Position numbers and translations under genes: made by a program. The notes beneath the pieces were generated by a model that worked only from the letters and a program-made list of their open reading frames with translations, ran no database searches and was not told the DNA's origin. Positions 39,191 through 52,300 of a stretch of DNA of 64,000 nt are shown piece by piece. The stretch is from Haplodiscus bocki (Eukaryota), in NCBI GenBank assembly GCA_965655095.1, contig OZ296652.1:21638001-21702000 (forward strand), read 5' to 3'. Positions within the stretch are counted from its first letter, which is position 1; the number at the start of each line of letters is the position of its first letter.

Positions 39191-42100
39191 ATAACTTTCA
39201 TCCTGCAGCGATTTCGGCGTTGTTTTTCGTTTATTTATCATGGATCGCAAACTTTCCCAGTGATAATTGAAGTTCTGTAGTCAAATGCACTGTTTCTTTC
39301 TTTTTTTTCCATAAAGTAGTTACTTTCGTATACAGCAGATTATTTTCAAGATTTTTGACGACACATTAGTTCATTAGTTGACAACACGTAATACTTTGTC
39401 CAAGGACAAGCTGAAAGAACACTATGGCAAAAGGAGTACAAACCAGCCGCTTTCAAATTTGAGTCACGTTGGAAAATTGATCGAGAAGAAACAATGTGTT
39501 CGACTATGACAACCTAATAACCTAATGAGAAAATCAAAAAATTTGTTAGGAAAACATAATGGCAAATGGAAAAGAAGCCAGCCACTTTCAAATTTGGGTC
39601 ACGTTGGTAAAACTTTTGAGAGATAACAATGTTGCCTCTCATTGAGAGATTATGACAACCTATTGTGAAAATGAAAAAACCTGTTAGGAAGAAGAATTGC
39701 TTGAACGAGACGTAAAGTATGGAGACCTCTAAACTAGCACGAAATGACAGCTGGGAGAGAAAAAAAACGAAAATCACGGAGAAATTTTCCTTGAACATTG
39801 ACTGATTTTCCATTTGATGTTGTGAAGACTGATGGGATGGTATAGAAATTGGTACAGATTGGACTGACATCTCCAACAGCAAAACAGATGACTTTCATCC
39901 TGCAGCGATTTGAGCGTTGCTTTTCGTTTAATTATCATGGATCGCAAACTCTCCCAATGATAATTGAAATTCTGCAGTCAAATGTAATGTTTCTTTCTTT
40001 TCCTATAAAGTTGATATTTTCGTATACAGCAGAATATTTTCAAGGTTTTTGACGACGCATAATTTCATTAGTTGACGACACGTAATATTTTGTCCAACGG
40101 CAAGCTGAAAAAACACTATGACAAAAGGAGTACAAACCATTCACTTTCAACATTGAGTCTTGTCGGAAAATCTATCGAGAGGTAACAATGTATTCGACTA
40201 TGACAACCTAATGAGGAAATCAAAAAGTTTGTTAGGAAAACACTATGGCAAATGGAAAAAAAGCCAGCCATTTTCAACTTTGAGTCACGTTGGTAAAACT
40301 TTTGAGAGATAACAATGTTGTCTCTCATTGAGAGATTATGACAACCTGTTGTGAAAATGGAAAAACCTGTTAGGAAGAAGAATTGCTTGAACGAGACGTA
40401 AAGTATGGAGACCTCTAAACTAGCACGAAATGACAGCTGGAAGAGAACAAAAACGAAAATCACGGAGAAATTTTCCATGAACATTGACTGATTTTCCATT
40501 GGATCTTGTGAAGACTGATGGAATGGTATACAAAATACATATTGGTACAAGTTGGACTAACATGTCTAACACCAAAACAGATAACTTTCATCCTGCAGCG
40601 ATTTGAGCGTTGCTTTTTGTTTATTTATCATGGATCGCCAACTTTCCCAGTGATAATTGAAATTCTGCAGCCAAATGTAACGTTTCTTTCTTTTTTTTTC
40701 CATAAAGTAGTTTTTTTCGTATACAGCAGAATATTTTCAAGATTTTTGACGACACATTAGTTCATTAGTTGACGACACGTAATTTTTTGTCGACGGACAA
40801 GCTGAAAAAACACTATGACAAATGGAGTACAAACAATTCACTTTCAACATTGAGTCTTGTTGGAAAATCTATCGAGAGGTAACAATGTATTCGACTATGA
40901 CAACCTAATGAGGAAATCAAAAAGTTTGTTAGGAAAACACTATGGCAAATGGAAAAAAAAGCCGGCCACTTTCAAATTTGAGTCACGTTGGTAAAACTTT
41001 TGAGAGATAACAATGTTGTATCTCATTGAGAGATTATGACAACCTATTGTGAAAATGAAAAAACCTGTTAGGAAGAAGAATTGGTTGAACGAGACGTAAA
41101 ATATGGAGACCTCTAAACTAGCACGAAATGACAGCTGGAAGAGAAAAAAAAACGAAAATCATGGAGAAAATTTCCATGAACATTGACTGGTTTTCCATTG
41201 GATCTTGTGAAGACTAATGGGATGGTATACAAAATACAAACTGGTACAAGTTGAACTAACAGGTCTAACACCAAAACAGATAACTTTCATCCTGCAGCGA
41301 TTTCGGCGTTGTTTTTCGTTTATTTATCATGGATCGCAAACTTTCCCAGTGATAATTGAAGTTCTGTAGTCAAATGCACTGTTTCTTTCTTTTTTTTCCA
41401 TAAAGTAGTTACTTTCGTATACAGCAGATTATTTTCAAGATTTTTGACGACACATTAGTTCATTAGTTGACAACACGTAATACTTTGTCCAAGGACAAGC
41501 TGAAAGAACACTATGGCAAAAGGAGTACAAACCAGCCGCTTTCAAATTTGAGTCACGTTGGAAAATTGATCGAGAAGAAACAATGTGTTCGACTATGACA
41601 ACCTAATAACCTAATGAGAAAATCAAAAAATTTGTTAGGAAAACATAATGGCAAATGGAAAAGAAGCCAGCCACTTTCAAATTTGGGTCACGTTGGTAAA
41701 ACTTTTGAGAGATAACAATGTTGCCTCTCATTGAGAGATTATGACAACCTATTGTGAAAATGAAAAAACCTGTTAGGAAGAAGAATTGCTTGAACGAGAC
41801 GTAAAGTATGGAGACCTCTAAACTAGCACGAAATGACAGCTGGGAGAGAAAAAAAACGAAAATCACGGAGAAATTTTCCTTGAACATTGACTGATTTTCC
41901 ATTTGATGTTGTGAAGACTGATGGGATGGTATAGAAATTGGTACAGATTGGACTGACATCTCCAACAGCAAAACAGATGACTTTCATCCTGCAGCGATTT
42001 GAGCGTTGCTTTTCGTTTAATTATCATGGATCGCAAACTCTCCCAATGATAATTGAAATTCTGCAGTCAAATGTAATGTTTCTTTCTTTTCCTATAAAGT

Positions 42101-43390
42101 TGATATTTTCGTATACAGCAGAATATTTTCAAGGTTTTTGACGACGCATAATTTCATTAGTTGACGACACGTAATATTTTGTCCAACGGCAAGCTGAAAA
42201 AACACTATGACAAAAGGAGTACAAACCATTCACTTTCAACATTGAGTCTTGTCGGAAAATCTATCGAGAGGTAACAATGTATTCGACTATGACAACCTAA
42301 TGAGGAAATCAAAAAGTTTGTTAGGAAAACACTATGGCAAATGGAAAAAAAGCCAGCCATTTTCAACTTTGAGTCACGTTGGTAAAACTTTTGAGAGATA
42401 ACAATGTTGTCTCTCATTGAGAGATTATGACAACCTGTTGTGAAAATGGAAAAACCTGTTAGGAAGAAGAATTGCTTGAACGAGACGTAAAGTATGGAGA
42501 CCTCTAAACTAGCACGAAATGACAGCTGGAAGAGAACAAAAACGAAAATCACGGAGAAATTTTCCATGAACATTGACTGATTTTCCATTGGATCTTGTGA
42601 AGACTGATGGAATGGTATACAAAATACATATTGGTACAAGTTGGACTAACATGTCTAACACCAAAACAGATAACTTTCATCCTGCAGCGATTTGAGCGTT
42701 GCTTTTTGTTTATTTATCATGGATCGCCAACTTTCCCAGTGATAATTGAAATTCTGCAGCCAAATGTAACGTTTCTTTCTTTTTTTTTCCATAAAGTAGT
42801 TTTTTTCGTATACAGCAGAATATTTTCAAGATTTTTGACGACACATTAGTTCATTAGTTGACGACACGTAATTTTTTGTCGACGGACAAGCTGAAAAAAC
42901 ACTATGACAAATGGAGTACAAACAATTCACTTTCAACATTGAGTCTTGTTGGAAAATCTATCGAGAGGTAACAATGTATTCGACTATGACAACCTAATGA
43001 GGAAATCAAAAAGTTTGTTAGGAAAACACTATGGCAAATGGAAAAAAAAGCCGGCCACTTTCAAATTTGAGTCACGTTGGTAAAACTTTTGAGAGATAAC
43101 AATGTTGTATCTCATTGAGAGATTATGACAACCTATTGTGAAAATGAAAAAACCTGTTAGGAAGAAGAATTGGTTGAACGAGACGTAAAATATGGAGACC
43201 TCTAAACTAGCACGAAATGACAGCTGGAAGAGAAAAAAAAACGAAAATCATGGAGAAAATTTCCATGAACATTGACTGGTTTTCCATTGGATCTTGTGAA
43301 GACTAATGGGATGGTATACAAAATACAAACTGGTACAAGTTGAACTAACAGGTCTAACACCAAAACAGATAACTTTCATCCTGCAGCGAT
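39190..43390. repeat. Higher-order trimer of 2089 bp, two copies
   Basis: Identical ORFs are offset by 2089 bp (39514/41603, 39849/41938, 40116/42205, 40518/42607). Confidence 0.92.
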
Positions 43391-46300
43391 TTCAGCGTTG
43401 CTTTTCGTTTAATTATCATGGATCGCAAACTTTCCCAGTGATAATTGAGAGTCTGCAGTCAAATGTAATGTTTCTTTCTTTTTTTTTCTATAAAGTAGTT
43501 CTTTTCGTATGCAGCAGAATATTTTCAAGGTTTTTGACGACGCATAATTTCATTAGTTGACGACACGTAATATTTTGTAAACGACAAGCTGAAAAAACAC
43601 TATGACAAATGGAGTACAAACCATTCACTTTCAACATTGAGTCTTGTTGGAAAATCTATCGAGAGGTAACAATGTATTCGACTATGACAACCTAATGAGG
43701 AAATCAAAAAGTTTGTTAGGAAAACACTATGGCAAATGAAGAAAAAGCCAGCCACTTTCAACTTTGAGTCACGTTGGTAAAACTTTTGAGAGATAACAAT
43801 GTTGCCTCTCATTGAGAGACTATGACAACCTATTGTGAAAATGAAAAAACCTGTTAGGAGGAAGAATTGCTTGAACGAGACGTAAAGTATGGAGACCTCT
43901 AAACTAGCACGAAATGACAGCTGGAAGAGAAAAAAAACGAAAATCACGGAGAAATTTTCCATGAACAATTACTGATTTTCCATTGGATCTTGTGAAAACT
44001 GATGGGATGGTATACAAAATACAAATTGGTACAAGTTGGACTAACAGGTCTAACACCAAAACAGATAACTTTCATCCTGCAGCGATTTGAGCGTTGCTTT
44101 TCGTTTAATTATCATGGATCGCAAACTTTCTCAGTGATAATTGAAATTCTGCAGTCAAATGTAATGTTTCTTTCTTTTTTTTCTATAAAGTAGTTAATTT
44201 CGTATACAGCAGATTATTTTAAAGGTTTTTGACGACACATTAGTTCATTAGTTGACGACACGTAATATTTTGTCCAAGGACAAGCTGAAAAAACACTAAG
44301 GCAAAAGGAGTACAAACCAGCCACTTTCAACTTTGAGTCACGTTGGAAAAATTATCGAGAAGTAACAATGTATTCGACTATGACAACCTATTAACCTAAT
44401 GAGGAAATCAAAAAATTTGCTAGGAAAACATTATGGCAAATGGAAAAGAACCCAGCCACTTTCAACTTTGAGTAACGTTGGTAAAAATTTTGAGAGATAA
44501 CAATGTTGTCTCTCATTGAGAGATTATGACAACCTATTGAGGAAATGAAAAAACGTGCTGGGAAAAAGAATTGTTTGAACGAGACGTAAAGTATGGAGAC
44601 CTCTAAACTAGCACGAAATGACAGATGGAAGAGAATAAAAACGAAAGTCACGGAGAAATTCCCCATGAATATTGACTGATATTCCATTTGATCTTGTGAA
44701 GACTGATGGGATGGTATACAAATTGGTACAGGTTGGACTAACAGGTCTAACACCAAAACAGATAACTTTCATCCTGCAGCGATTTGAGCGTTGCTCTTAG
44801 TTTAATTAACGTGGATCGCAAATTTTCCCAGTGATAACTGAAATTCTGCAGTCAAAAGTAATGTTTCCTTCTTTTTTCTGTGAAGTAGTTTTGTTCGTAT
44901 ACAGCAGAGCATTTTTTAAGGTTTTTGACGACACATTAGTTCATTAGTTGGCGACACGTAAGATTTTGTCCAAGGACCAGCTGAAAAAACATTATGGCAA
45001 ATGGAGTACAAACCAGCCACTTTCATTTTTGAGTCACGTTGGAAAAATTATCGAGAGGTAACAATGTATTCGACGATGACAACCTAATAACCTAATGAGA
45101 AAATCAAAAAATTTGTTAGGAAAACACTATTGCAAATGGAAAAAAAGCCAGCCATTTTCAACTTTGAGTCACGTTGGTAAGTTTTTTGAGAGATAACAAT
45201 GTTGTCTCTCATTGAGAGATTATGACAACCTATTGAGGAAATGAAAAAACTTGTTAGGAAAAAGAATTGCTTGAACGAGACGTAAAGTATGGAGACCTCT
45301 ATACTAGCACGAAATGACAGCTGGAAGAGAATAAAAACGAAAGTCACGGAGAAACTTTCCTTGAACATTGACTGATTTTCCTTTTGATGTTGTGAAGACT
45401 GATGGGATGGTATAGAAAATGGTACAGGTTGGATTAACAGATCTAACAGCAAAACAGATAACTTTCATCCTGCAGCGATTTGAACGTTGCTTTTCGTTTA
45501 ATTATCATGGATCGCAAACTTTCTCAGTGATAATTGAAATTCTGCAGTCAAATGTAATGTTTCTTTCTTTTTTTTCTATAAAGTAGTTAATTTCGTATAC
45601 AGCAGATTATTTTAAAGGTTTTTGACGACACATTAGTTCATTAGTTGACGACACGTAATATTTTGTCCAAGGACAAGCTGAAAAAACACTAAGGCAAAAG
45701 GAGTACAAACCAGCCACTTTCAACTTTGAGTAACGTTGGTAAAATTTTTGAGAGATAACAATGTTGTCTCTCATTGAAAGATTATGACAACCTATTGAGG
45801 AAATGAAAAAACCTGCTGGGAAAAAGAATTGTTTGGACGAGACGTAAAGTATGGAGACCTCTAAACTAGCACGAAATGACAGCTGGAAGAGAATAAAAAC
45901 GAAAGTCACGGAGAAATTCCCCATGAATATTGACTGATATTCCATTTGATCTTGTGAAGACTGATGGGATGGTATACAAATTGGTACAGGTTGGACTAAC
46001 AGGTCTAACACCAAAACAGATAACTTTCATCCTGCAGCAATTTGAGCGTTGCTTTTAGTTTAATTAACGTGGATCGCAAATTTTCCCAGTGATAACTGAA
46101 ATTCTGCAGTCAAATGTAATGTTTCCTTCTTTTTTCTGTGAAGTAGTTTTTTTCGTATACAGCAGAGCATTTTTTAAGGTTTTTGACGACACATTAGTTC
46201 ATTAGTTGGCGACACGTAAGATTTTGTCCAAGGACCAGCTGGAAAAACATTATGGCAAATGGAGTACAAACCAGCCACTTTCATTTTTGAGTCACGTTGG

Positions 46301-49300
46301 AAAAATTATCGAGAGGTAACAACGTATTCGACGATGACAACCTAATAACCTAATGAGAAAATCAAAAAATTTGTTAGGAAAACACTATTGCAAATGGAAA
46401 AAAAAGCCAGCCATTTTCAACTTTGAGTCACCTTGGTAGGTTTTTTGAGAGATAACAATGTTGTCTCTCATTGAGAGATTATGACAACCTATTGAGGAAA
46501 TGAAAAAACTTGTTAGGAAAAAGAATTGCTTGAACGAGACGTAAAGTATGGAGACCTCTATACTAGCACGAAATGACAGCTGGAAGAGAATAAAAACGAA
46601 AGTCACGGAGAAACTTTCCTTGAACATTGACTGATTTTCCTTTTGATGTTGTGAAGACTGATGGGATGGTATAGAAAATGGTACAGGTTGGATTAACAGA
46701 TCTAACAGCAAAACAGATAACTTTCATCCTGCAGCGATTTGAACCTTGCTTTTCGTTTAATTATCATGGATCGCAAACTTTCCCAGTGATAATTGAAATT
46801 CTGCAGTCAAATGTAATGTTTCTTTCTTTTTTTTCTATAAAGTAGTTATTTTCGTATACAGCAGATTATTTTAAAGGTTTTTGACGACACATTAGTTCAT
46901 TAGTTGACGACACGTAATATTTTGTCGAAGGACAAGCTGAAAAAACACTAAGGCAAAAGTAGCACAAACCAGCCACATTCAACTTTGAGTCACGTTGGAA
47001 AAATTATCGAGAAGTAACAATGTATTCGACTATGACAACCTAACGAGGAAATCAAAAAATTTGTTAGGAAAACATTATGGCAAATGGAAAAGAACCCAGC
47101 TACTTTCAACTTTGAGTAACGTTAGTAAAATTTTTGAGAGATAACAATGTTGTCTCTCATTGAGAGATTATGACAACCTATTGAGGAAATGAAAAAACTT
47201 GCTGGGAAAAAGAATTGTTTGAACGAGGCGTAAAGTATGGAGACCTTTAAACTAGCACGAAATGACAGATGGAAGAGAATAAAAACGAAAGTCACGGAGA
47301 AATTCCCCATGAATGTTGACTGATTTTCCATTTGATCTTGTGAAGACTGATGGGATGGTATACAAATTGGTACAGGTTGGACTAACAGGTCTAACACCAA
47401 AACAGATAACTTTCATCCTGCAGCGATTTGAGCGTTGCTTTTAGTTTATTTATCGTCGATCGCAAATTTTCCCAGTGATAACTGAAATTCTGCAGTCAAA
47501 TGTAATGTTTCCTTCTTTTTTCTGTGAAGTAGTTTTTTTCGTATACAGCAGATTATTTTAAAGGTTTTTGACGACACATTAGTTCATTAGTTGACGACAC
47601 GTAAGATTTTGTCCAAGGACCAGCTCAAAAAACATTATGGCAAGTGGAGTACAAACCAGCCACTTTCATTTTTGAGTCACGTTGGAAAAATTATCGAGAG
47701 GTAACAATGTATTCGACTATGACAACCTAATAACCTAATGAGAAAATCAAAAAATTTGTTAGGAAAACACTATTGCAAATGGAAAAAAAGCCAGCCACTT
47801 TCAACTTTGAGTCACGTTGGTAAATTTTTTGAGAGATAACAATGTTGTCTCTCATTGAGAGATTATGACAACCTATTGAGGAAATGAAAAAACTTGTTAG
47901 GAAAAAGAATTGCTTGAACGAGACGTAAAGTATGGAGACCTCTATACTAGCACGAAATGACAGCTGGAATAGAATAAAAACGAAAGTCACGGAGAAATTT
48001 TCCTTGAACATTGACTGATTTTCCATTTGATGTTGTGAAGACTGATGGGATGGTATAGAAAATGGTACAGGTTGGATTAACAGATCTAACAGCAAAACAG
48101 ATAACTTTCATCCGGCAGCGATTTGAACGTTGCTTTTCGTTTAATTATCATGGATCGCAAACTTTCCCAGTGATAATTGAAATTCTGCAGTCAAATGTAA
48201 TGTTTCCTTCTTTTTTTCTGTGAAGTAGTTTTTTTCGTATACAGCAGAGCATTTTTCAAGGTTTTTGACGACACATTAGTTCATTAGTTGGCGACACGCA
48301 AGATTTTGTCCAAGGAACAGCTGAAAAAACATTATGGCAAGTGGAGTACAAACCAGCCACTTTCATTTTTGAGTCACGTTGGAAAAATTATCGAGAGGTA
48401 ACAATGTATTCGACTATGACAACCTAATAACCTAATGAGAAAATCAAAAAATTTGTTAGGAAAACACTATGGCAAATGGAAAAAAAGCCAGCCACTTTCA
48501 ACTTTGAGTCGCGTTGGTAAATTTTTTGAGAGATAACAATGTTGTCTCTCATTGAGAGGTTATGACAACCTATTGAGGAAATGAAAAAACTTGTTAGGAA
48601 AAAGAATTGTTTTAACGAGACGTAAAGTATGGAGACCTCTATACTAGCACGAAATGACAGCTGGAAGAGAATAAAAACGAAAATCACGGAGAAATTTTCC
48701 ATGAACCTTGACTGTTTTTCCATTGGATCTTGTGAAAACTGATGGGATGGTATACAAAATACAAATTGGTACAAGTTGGACTAACAGGTCTAACACCAAA
48801 ACAGATAACTTTCATCCTGCAGCGATTTGAGCGTTGCTTTTCGTTTAATTATCATGGATCGCAAACTTTCTCAGTGATAATTGAAATTCTGCAGTCAAAT
48901 GTAATGTTTCTTTCTTTTTTTTCTGTAAAGTAGTTATTTTCGTATACAGCAGATTATTTTCAAGGTTTTTGACGACACATTAGTTCATTAGTTGACGACA
49001 CGTAATATTTTGTCCAAGGACAAGCTGAAAAAACACTAAGGCAAAAGGAGTACAAACCATCTACTTTCAACTTTGAGTCACGTTGGAAAAATTATCGAGA
49101 AGTAACAATGTATTCGACTATGACAACCTATTAACCTAATGAGGAAATCAAAAAATTTGTTAGGAAAACACTATTGCAAATGGAAAAGAAGCCAGCCACT
49201 TTCAACTTTGAGTAACGTTGGTAAAATTTTTGAGAGATAACAATGTTGTCTCTCATTGAGAGATTATGACAACCTATTGAGGAAATGAAAAAACTTGCTG

Positions 49301-52300
49301 GGAAAAAGAATTGTTTGAACGAGACGTAAAGTATGGAGACCTCTAAACTAGCACGAAATGACAGATGAAAGAGAATAAAAACGAAAGTCACGGAGAAATT
49401 TTCCTTGAACCTTGACTGATTTTCCATTTGATGTTGTGAAGACTGATGGGATGGTATAGAAAATGGTACAGGTTGGATTAACAGATCTAACAGCAAAACA
49501 GATAACTTTCATCCTGCAGCGATTTGAACGTTGCTTTTCGTTTAATTATCATGGATCGCAAACTTTCCCAGTGATAATTGAAATTCTGCAGTCAAATGTA
49601 ATGTTTCCTTCTTTTTTTCTGTGAAGTAGTTTTTTTCGTATACAGCAGAGCATTTTTCAAGGTTTTTGACGACACATTAGTTCATTAGTTGACGACACGT
49701 AATATTTTGTCCAAGGACAAGCTGAAAAAACACTAAGGCAAAAGGAGTACAAACCAGCCACTTTCAACTTTGAGTCACGTTGGAAAATTTATCGAGAAGT
49801 AACAATGTATTCGACTATGACAACCTATTAACCTAATGAGGAAATCAAAAAATTTGTTACGAAAACATTATGGCAAATGGAAAAGAACCCAGCCACTTTC
49901 AACTTTGAGTAACGTTGGTAAAATTTTTGAGAGATAACAATGTTGTCTCTCATTGAAAGATTATGACAACCTATTGAGGAAATGAAAAAACCTGCTGGGA
50001 AAAAGAATTGTTTGGACGAGACGTAAAGTATGGAGACCTCTAAACTAGCACGAAATGACAGATGAAAGAGAATAAAAACGAAAGTCACGGAGAAATTTTC
50101 CTTGAACCTTGACTGATTTTCCATTTGATGTTGTGAAGACTGATGGGATGGTATAGAAAATGGTACAGATTGGACTGACATCTCCAACAGCAAAACAGAT
50201 AACTTTCATCCTGCAGCGATTTGAACGTTGCTTTTCGTTTAATAATCATGGATCGCAAACTTTCCCAGTGATAATTGAAATTCTGCAGTCAAATGTAATG
50301 TTTCCTTCTTTTTTTCTGTGAAGTAGTTTTTTTCGTATACAGCAGAGCATTTTTCAAGGTTTTTGACGACACATTAGTTCATTAGTTGACGACACGTAAG
50401 ATTTTGTCCAAGGACCAGCTGAAAAAACATTATGACAAGTGGAGTACAAACCAGCCACTTTCAATTTTGAGTCACGTTGGAAAAATTATCGAGAGGTAAC
50501 AATGTATTCGACTATGACAACCTAATAACCTAATGAGAAAATCAAAAAATTTGTTAGGAAAACACTATGGCAAATGGAAAAAAAGCCAGCCACTTTCAAC
50601 TTTGAGTCGCGTTGGTAAATTTTTTGAGAGATAACAATGTTGTCTCTCATTGAGAGGTTATGACAACCTATTGAGGAAATGAAAAAACTTGTTAGGAAAA
50701 AGAATTGTTTTAACGAGACGTAAAGTATGGAGACCTCTAAACTAGCACGAAATGACAGCTGGAAGAGAATAAAAACGAAAATCAGGGAGAAATTTTCCAT
50801 GAACATTGACTGATTTTCCATTTGATCTTGTGAAAACTGATGGGATGGTATACAAAATACAAATTGGTACAAGTTGGTCTAACAGGTCTAACACAAAAAC
50901 AGATAACTTTCATCCTGCAGCGATTTGAGCGTTGCTTTTCGTTTAATTATCATGGGTCGCAAACTTTCCCAGTGATAACTGAAATTCTGCAGTCAAATGT
51001 AATGTTTCCTTCTTTTTTCTGTGAAGTAGTTTTTTTCGTATACAGCAGAGCATTTTTTAAGGTTTTTGACGACACATTAGTTCATTAGTTGGCGACACGT
51101 AAGATTTTGTCCAAGGACCAGCTGAAAAAACATTATGGCAAGTGGAGTACAAACCAGCCACTTTCATTTTTGAGTCACGTTGGAAAAATTATCGAGAGGT
51201 AACAATGTATTCGACTATGACAACCTAATAACCTAATGAGAAAATCAAAAAAATTGTTAGGAAAACACTATTGGAAATGGAAAAAAAGCCAGTCACTTTC
51301 AACTTTGAGTCACGTTGGTTAATTTTTTGAGAGATAACAATGTTGTCTCTCATTGAGAGATTATGACAACCTATTGAGGAAATGAAAAAACTTGTTAGAA
51401 AAAAGAATTGCTTGAACGAGACGTAAAGTATGGAGACCTCTAAACTAGCACGAAATGACAGCTGGAAGAGAATAAAAACGAAAATCACGGAGAAATTTTC
51501 CATGAACCTTGACTGTTTTTCCATTGGATCTTGTGAAAACTGATGGGATGGTATACAAAATACAAATTGGTACAAGTTGGACTAACAGGTCTAACACAAA
51601 AACAGATAACTTTCATCCTGCAGCGATTTGAGCGTTGCTTTTCGTTTAATTATCATGGGTCGCAAACTTTCCCAGTGATAACTGAAATTCTGCAGTCAAA
51701 TGTATTGTTTCTTTCTTTTTTTTCTATAAAGTAGTTATTTTCGTATACAGCAGATTATTTTCAAGATTTTTGACGACACATTAGTTCATTAGTTGACGAC
51801 ACGTAATATTTTCTCCAAGGACAAGCTGAAAAAACAATAAGGCAAAAGGAGTACAAACCAGCCACTTTCAACTTTGAGTCACGTTGGAAAAATTATCGAG
51901 AAATAACAATGTATTCGACTATGACAACCTATTAACCTAATGAGGAAATCAAAAAAATTGTTAGGAAAACATTATGGCAAATGGAAAAGAAGCCAGCCAC
52001 TTTCAACTTTGAGTAACGTTGGTAAAATTTTTGAGAGATAACAATGTTGTCTCTCATTGAGAGATTATGAAAACCTATTGAGGAAATGAAAAAACTTGTT
52101 AGGAAAAAGAATTGCTTGAACGAGACGTAAAGTATGGAGACCTCTATACTAGCACGAAATGACAGCTAGAAGAGAATAAAAACGAAAGTCACGGAGAAAT
52201 TTTCCTTGAACATTGACTGATTTTCCATTTGATGTTGTGAAGACTGATGGGTTGGTATAGAAAATGGTACAGGTTGGATTAACAGATCTAACAGCAAAAC

